Shown here piece by piece: positions 59,811 through 64,000 of a stretch of 64,000 nt of DNA. The stretch is taken from NCBI GenBank assembly GCA_036172245.1, contig JAYWIR010000067.1, positions 434,001 to 498,000 on the forward strand. The letters are read 5' to 3'. The notes below the pieces were generated by a model, which was not told the origin of the DNA, searched no databases, and saw nothing but the letters and a program-made list of their open reading frames with translations. The position numbers and the translations under genes were made by a program. Within the stretch, counting starts at the first letter, position 1. Each line of letters begins with the position of its first letter. Source of the DNA: Raillietiella orientalis. Lineage: Eukaryota.

Positions 59811-62800
59811 ACTTCGCATGCGAAAAAGACCTAAGGGTTTCAAGGGCTGGTAAAGATGCAGTTTCCAGATAGGAGGGACCACGTGTGCTGTCTGAAAGAA
59901 CCTCGAGACTTTATGATAAAATTCTGTATTCTGGAAATTCTTTGATGATAAATTCCCAGGCATAAGCGAGTGAAAAACCCATTCACTGCTCTCCGAGCAT
60001 GAAATACGCAGACAGCGTTGGAAGGTGGCGACCGAAATGAGGCGGTAACGAAAGGAAAGTCTCCCCGTGTCTTGTGTTCGAACCAACAGCATTCACGAGC
60101 GTTGCTGACCACTCAATCCGATTCGATGCCGCGAGCGATTCCAAGCGTAGCAATCCTTGTTCCTATCAAGATAAAGGGACATCGCATTACGCACGAAGGG
60201 TACATTTTGACCAAAGGCAGTTGTGAAAGCAAAGAGGAAGCCAGCAGCCTCAAGGTGAATCGCGCATGTCATCCCCATTTTGCGAGTGCAATCGGAAACC
60301 ACAGACAGATCCCTGCCCTGAGGTGGGAAAGTGAAACCGTTTTTATTAGGCATTTGACCACTGATGATACGGTTGGTTGCGAGGTAAGCAAACGGCACTG
60401 GGAACGCCTTTCCCGCAAAGGGGTCCAGTAATGAGCTTTCGTGCTGCGAGCGGCAGATTGCAGCCCATGATCACTAGTTTGCGGAAATAGCGGGTGGCGA
60501 AAGGAGAATAACGAGAATCCACGCACGAATTTCCTCCCTTCTTCTCTTCCATCGAGGGACAAACGAAACCATGGAAACGGTCGTTTTGGTTGGATTTCAT
60601 GTCGGAGGTAAAATTCGCAGTGTGAGAATCGAGCGTCAAGGCGTCGGCGGCTGCTACCCGAATTACGACGTTGCTTAAGTACATTGAGGTGCAAAGCCGA
60701 CAGGTGCATCGCAGAAATGAGCCTCCTTTTGCAAGCGGTGCAGCTGGTTGTGCGATTGCGGCATTGTGCACCAACATCGAAAGAGTGAGAGGACAGTGGG
60801 CTTCCTCGGCAGGTTAATGGACAGCCACAAGGAGGAATTGGCCACAGAGCTGGATGAAAAATCGAAAAGCGCCGGCCTCAGCGCCCACAGCCCGCTTCCT
60901 GCCAAGGCTGTTTTGCACGCATGCCTGGTCGTCTACACGCTCGGAGGAGAGAGCGGCGCGCCGAGACACGGCGGCGTGGAGGAGCCGTGGTCGCGCGCGC
61001 GCACGGCAACGCAAGAGTGCGCGCTTGGCACGCGAGGCTGCCTGTCTGCTGCCGGCACATTCGCTTCCACGCTGGCACCTCGGAAATTCATGGCCATGCT
61101 GCCAATGAGCGACAAGAAGCACTGCTTGTGGTCTACAGTGCACCGGATGCTGCTGACGTTGGTCAGGGACGCCTACAGCGTTGCGGTGGACGTCTGCCTT
61201 GCCGAGGAAGACATGCGTGAACATGCTGGGAAGGCCGGTAAGGAGCGCTGCACGAGCGCGCGCAACGAAGTCAGGAGTGCGCTGCGCGTTGCGATTAGTA
61301 AAGCCCGCAGGGACTCACGTTGGTGGTCGCGGAAGATGAGTGAGGCCCTTTCACGCCATAGGGAAAGGGTGGGGTTGAAGCATTCCGCTTTCGGATGGGA
61401 GTGTGGTCAAAGAACGCGGTGGGGATGGGGAGGAGTACTGTACCGCATCCCGGCAACCACGGAAAAGGAATGCGGTTGCTGCCGAACTCGGGTTTCTAGC
61501 CGACCAGGAACCAGATTTGCGCACGCTTCTTGGAATGCGTGGATCCGGTTGACATGCGGGCGCGGGTCAGTTGAATGTGAGTTGCCGCTTTTTTAACGTT
61601 CTTCGTTGGGCAGGAGCAAGAATCGAGGTCGTTGCTGCCTGTCTTGAAGAGCGGACACGCCGAAACGGGACTCGTTGACGAAGAACCAATGTGCAGGGAG
61701 CAAGGGGTTCTCGCACACCTGGAGCAGCGGAAAACGCAAATCGACAGCTTGTTCACGCTAACCTTGAAAACACGGCGGAATAGAAGTCTGCATTTGTGAG
61801 ATGCCATGAGGAGCTGTAAGAGAACTAAGAGCTAAACGGAGAAAACGCGGTGCAGCGCATGCACGGGTACGTAGTGTGACACTTCTGGGAGCTGGAATTT
61901 TTTTTTGCCAGAGTTCTGGTAGTCCATACGACCGTGATGGGCAGTACCCCTCTGCCTCCCAATGTTCCAATGGGAGGCAGAGAACTCGCAGTAAACGGAA
62001 GGTGGCAGCAGCAGATCCAACTTCGACTCCTCGAAGCTACATGGATGCTGCGTACCGGCGCACAAGCAATCCTTCCTGAAGTGCCCGTGTGCTCGAGACA
62101 ATCCGTCGCGAGCGCATGCTCAAAGCTGTTTACCGGCCTTCGCAGTATGATGACATTGCGGCTGCCGACGGAGGAGGAAAAACAAGGCGGACAGACGTGC
62201 AATTTCCTGATCGAGGTGGTCACACGATGTTCGGAGAAGGAAGAGCACTGCTGCTTGCGGCTAACCGGTAAGATTGCGACCAACTCGAAAGGTGCCAAAG
62301 CAGAAAAGAGGAATATAAGCAGAGTCAGTGGCCTGCACTGACCAACCAACCATCATCAAAACGTTGTGCTCCAACGACCAAAGTTGCACGCTGCCGTGCA
62401 TGAACGGAGCGCTCTGGCATGCAATGTTCTCAGCATCCGGTGATATACTGAAATGAGCTTGAAAGAATCCGGGAGAATAATGACAACTCGGTGGTCTCGG
62501 ATTTCTTCGTAAACTCCATTGTGACTTTGCGGTAATGATTGAGGTCCGAGGCCCTCCTGGAAAGGAAGCTCCGTTCCCTCTCCATTCGACGCTTCCTATC
62601 TTTGACGTCTTCAGGGAAGATGAACATCGGCATCCTCAGCAGTTCCTTCAAGCTGTCCAACGAGCGGACGATTCTGCTCCTGAGGAGGAGCAGAGCAACC
62701 CTGTAAGCTGAAAGGCAGCTTGGGCCGCCTAGGCAGTCCATCCTGCCGCTGGAATTTTGGTTTGCGGAATGAAAAATGCAAGCAGCGCGGGCGTTTCCAT

Positions 62801-64000
62801 GGTTTCCTTCCTTTACAGATGAAAAGCCACAACCGAAGGAGAGGCAGAACGGATTTTGCACGTTTCGCGCGATGCCGATCCGCCGGCGCCGTTCCTTTCT
62901 TGCTATTGCCGAATTGCGAGGCCGCAGCAACCAACAGGTTGTCGTGTTGCATTTCGATTGATTGCTTCCTAGACGGAAGGAATCGTAGAGGATCCCCATC
63001 GGATTCCGGAATGATGTTGTCGGTCGCATACAGTTTCGACATTCCAAAGGACGGAGGGAGGGTTTGGGGGGAGGGGCGATGAAAGGGATGGACTCGCTTT
63101 TTCCGTTTATGGTCACGATCCCCGGGGATACGCGTAGGCGGGAAAGGTAGGTGCTGGTGCGTTCTAGAGCTGAGCCAATTTCCTGGGATGCGTGAATCGC
63201 CTGGATGGGAACCCCTATGCGTGGAAGGGTGGTTGCTCGCAAGGAGGGAGAACAGTCGGCCACCCTGCAGCGGTTGCGAGGTTGGGTAGGGGAGATGTGC
63301 TCAAATGAAATTTTCTTGGGTTCCTGGTTTGCGTCGTGACTTGAGGTGCGCATGACGAGTGGGCATGAGTCGGTGGTGGGAACGTGGTGGATGGATGCGC
63401 AATATTCGAAGATTCCTGTTTCCACGACAAAGGGCTTGGGATTTTCTGAATTGCGTGGACATCACGGGTATGCAATGGAAGAGGAACTGAGGAAAGGGAA
63501 GCGTTTGGCGGCACGCGAGTAGGTTCGGTGTGACCGGGTACATTTTCAGGGTGTCGACATTGGAGGTTGATGCATAGGTGAACGGAAATTCTCACCAATT
63601 GCAAATGCTTTCTGTTGCGACGTGAGCAATGTAAATGCGAGGGAAGTGCGGGCGCTGAGATAGGAAAAATACAGGGAAGCAAGGAACGGTCCAGCAGGGC
63701 AGAGTGGAAAGAGAATTCGCAGCGCCAGTTCGCGTCATTGGCTGCCTGGGATCGAGCCAAGGTAGAAGTGCTGCATATTGCAGGTAATGCGAAGAAGGAC
63801 TCGGAGAAGGTGTGACTTGGTATGCTGACGTGGTTGAAAAGTTACAGGTAGGACACGTATGCATCCAACGTCACAAGAGCCACCGCCACGTACATACAGC
63901 CGGGGAAGCCCAGCGGGCTGCTTGCGCGAAGCAAAGCATAGGCAGCAGGGGAAGAAACGGGCCGAAGGGTGACGAACGGCGAAATTGAAAAGACGAGGGA

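Noticed and set aside
1..64000. tRNA, rRNA or snRNA genes (typical Tx1-clade targets) and telomeric repeats
   Set aside because: None recognised by eye, and the three readable TSDs share no obvious consensus. A covariance-model scan would be needed to exclude them formally.

Overview
Eukaryotic (metazoan, probably arthropod-like) genomic DNA with four compartments. (1) 1-7.4 kb is AT-rich and holds a heavily decayed copia-like remnant plus a 6-exon RPAP3/spaghetti gene on the minus strand. (2) About 11.6-29.4 kb is a GC-rich, strongly G+T-skewed domain. It carries a DCAF1/VprBP (mahjong) gene with an intronless CDS and, only ~140 bp past its AATAAA, a 13-exon ANAPC5 gene with tiny G-rich introns. 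(3) About 27.9-34.1 kb holds intronless orphan ORFs or remnants that may be endogenous viral elements; this is unverified. (4) About 34.4-59.8 kb is a ~25 kb nest made almost entirely of one clade of L1/Tx1-type non-LTR retrotransposons inserted into each other. Three target-site duplications can be read directly (one lies outside the nest, at 9.3-10.3 kb). Six copies end in a conserved GC stem-loop with almost no poly(A) tail, five of them just after an AATAAA-like hexamer. The nest also contains a large inverted repeat whose ~1.36 kb core is nearly identical while its flanks are diverged, which looks like gene conversion. Identity values are by-eye estimates; no database searches were run.
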